Source: Epiperipatus broadwayi
Lineage: Eukaryota > Animalia > Onychophora
Assembly: GCA_028023455.1 (NCBI GenBank)
Contig: JAQFVV010000007.1
Span: forward strand, 10,974,001 to 11,038,000
DNA length: 64,000 nt
Direction: 5' to 3'
Below are positions 62,018 to 64,000 of the stretch, piece by piece. Made by a program: the position numbers and the translations under genes. Below the pieces are notes generated by a model. The model saw nothing but the letters and a program-made list of their open reading frames with translations. It was not told the origin of the DNA and did no database searches. Each line of letters begins with the position of its first letter. Position 1 is the first letter of the stretch.

Positions 62018-64000
62018 AACAACTTGTGTCAGTATAGGCAATGGTGTGATGTTTTATTGGTTTATTAATACTAATGTTATGTTTCTGTGTTTTCTATAAA
62101 AATTTTCTCTGTTTCAAACAGAAATATTTGATGAAGAAAATCCAACTACTCCTTGATAGACTTATGTTTTTGTCAATCAACCCTGATACATCAGTTGTTC
62201 CAGGCACCAGTTGACACTCAAACAAATATGGCTATCCAATCTTTTATTAATACATATGCAGAGTTCTATATGATTTTAAAACTTAAATACATACCCTAAT
62301 GGCAATTTAACTAAAGCTTCCATTGTATTAGCTGAATATTATTAAACAAGATGTAGCTTTTATACAAATTAATTTTAATTAATACTGATTTCAAAGTAAA
62401 CATTTAAATATTACTAAATTTGGTGGCTATGGTTGCTGGGGTTTCAACCAATTTTTCATGCTCCTGATAAAAACATAATATATGTCTAGCAAGAATTTAT
62501 GACTACTTTTGTCAAACATTTCTGTAGAAAAAGTAAGGCAAATGATAGCATTATATATATATCCAAATTAAATTTTTTATCTCAGTGCATCTTTCATCTA
62601 CCAATCTCTCACAATGCAGATACCTTTGAAACATACATTTATATATATTGTGCCCATTTCAATTTATCCTGTGGATAAAATTACAGTATTGTGCATAAAA
62701 TGAAAACAAAAAATAATCATCACATTTTCTTATATAGAAAGAGAAGCTACAGTATGAAGTCCCAAAAGCCTATGGCAGAAAGTGAGTAGGAGATATATTT
62801 ATGCTATTTGTCTGTTTTGATAAATCTCAAATAGAATACTACATACCTTGAATTATTTCATAGTTATTATAAAAGTTAGAATTAAAACACATATAAATAG
62901 TTGTCTGGGGACACAAACTATTTAGTTAATCATTTTCAAATTTTGAATATTAACTTTCCTAAAAATTGATCTATACTTGCTAAAATCTGCTCTCTATTTT
63001 TTCTATAACAATAATTAAGTCTAATAGTTGTAATGATTTAATTTTGAATATTAAATTATGGTTTGTAAAAAGCATTCAGATTATTTTTGATGGGCAGATT
63101 TTTTTTAATGTCTGAATATCAGAGTGTGTGCTTGTATTTTACAAAAAATATATTTACAGTTATACATATAGTAAGAGAAAAATTCTGTTAAAATCATTTT
63201 AACATGTCAAAAGCTCTAGGGTTAGAGACTTTATTGTTTATATTGTGTTAATTAAACTCACAGGTTAGAGTTTCATTTGGAAGTACAGCTAAAAGTCTTT
63301 AAAATCACAAATAATTAGAGAAAAAATTGGTTAACATTTATGAGGCTAGCTAATTATCAACAAAGTTATTAGTCTGGATTATTTTTTTACCAACAGTAAA
63401 TTTGAAACAGATTATCAGTTTTAAATTAGACTGGTTAATTAATAAAAATCAGGTGATTCTGTCTATTGGTTTGGATTTCTTATCAACAGTAAATTGGAAG
63501 CAGATGGTCAGTTTTAATCAAATGATTTAACTAATAAAATTAGGTTTTCTATCTGAGGTCTGCAAAAGGACTCAGCAATATAAACAGGCTGGCAATCACT
63601 TAAAAATATATTAAGTATTAAAACTGTGAAGGGAACAAGTTAAAGTGTGGAAACAGACCACTTTGAATTACTGTTATTTTTATATCTAATTTTGTTTGGA
63701 AGATTGCATATAGCATAATGACAGGCTAAGTACACATGTATGTTTTATCTGGCTGGCCCAGCCATCCATCAGCCCATACATATCTGAAAAGTATGAGCCA
63801 AAAGTATTACACATATTGTGACATTGTGAAAAATGAGATAGAAAATACTGATTGCTCACCTGCATTTTTAAAGCTAAAATGAAAATAAGTAAACTACTGA
63901 AAAGTGTTAAATCATGCTAGTTCAGTTATGCCAGTGACTAAGTTTAAACCCCAGTAACATGATAAAAATATGAAAACAACAGATATCCTTAATCTATTAA

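Noticed and set aside
1-64000. Most ORFs in the supplied track as genes (e.g. 2072-2260, 27886-28224, 33170-33424, 53535-53837, 60523-60810)
   Set aside because: Short, low-complexity I/F/L/K/Y-rich translations expected by chance in AT-rich DNA, or antisense to TE remnants; no recognisable domains

Overview
Very AT-rich (roughly a quarter GC by eye), strongly CpG-depleted eukaryotic DNA, probably animal intronic or intergenic sequence; the species cannot be determined from the sequence alone. No intact protein-coding gene, tRNA, rRNA or CRISPR array is supported. Recognisable coding remnants are decayed transposon proteins: Penelope-like RT/GIY-YIG, RTE-clade LINEs, Merlin/IS1595-type, mariner, hAT, probable Gypsy and possibly Sola. 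The dominant signal is a dense population of about 25 hammerhead-ribozyme (HHR)-like motifs in at least five sequence families, labelled here B, C, E, F and H. They lie in short non-coding elements built as tandem monomers and/or head-to-head fold-backs, with one hammerhead on each strand. One HHR (9892-9950) has a fully canonical core; several others are one or two substitutions away. The same fold-back geometry occurs in two Penelope endonuclease remnants, pointing to a Penelope-mobilised, retrozyme-like system. Fold-back or tandem families without a recognisable HHR (D, J, K) are candidates for other self-cleaving RNAs. All calls come from manual reading; no database search was run.
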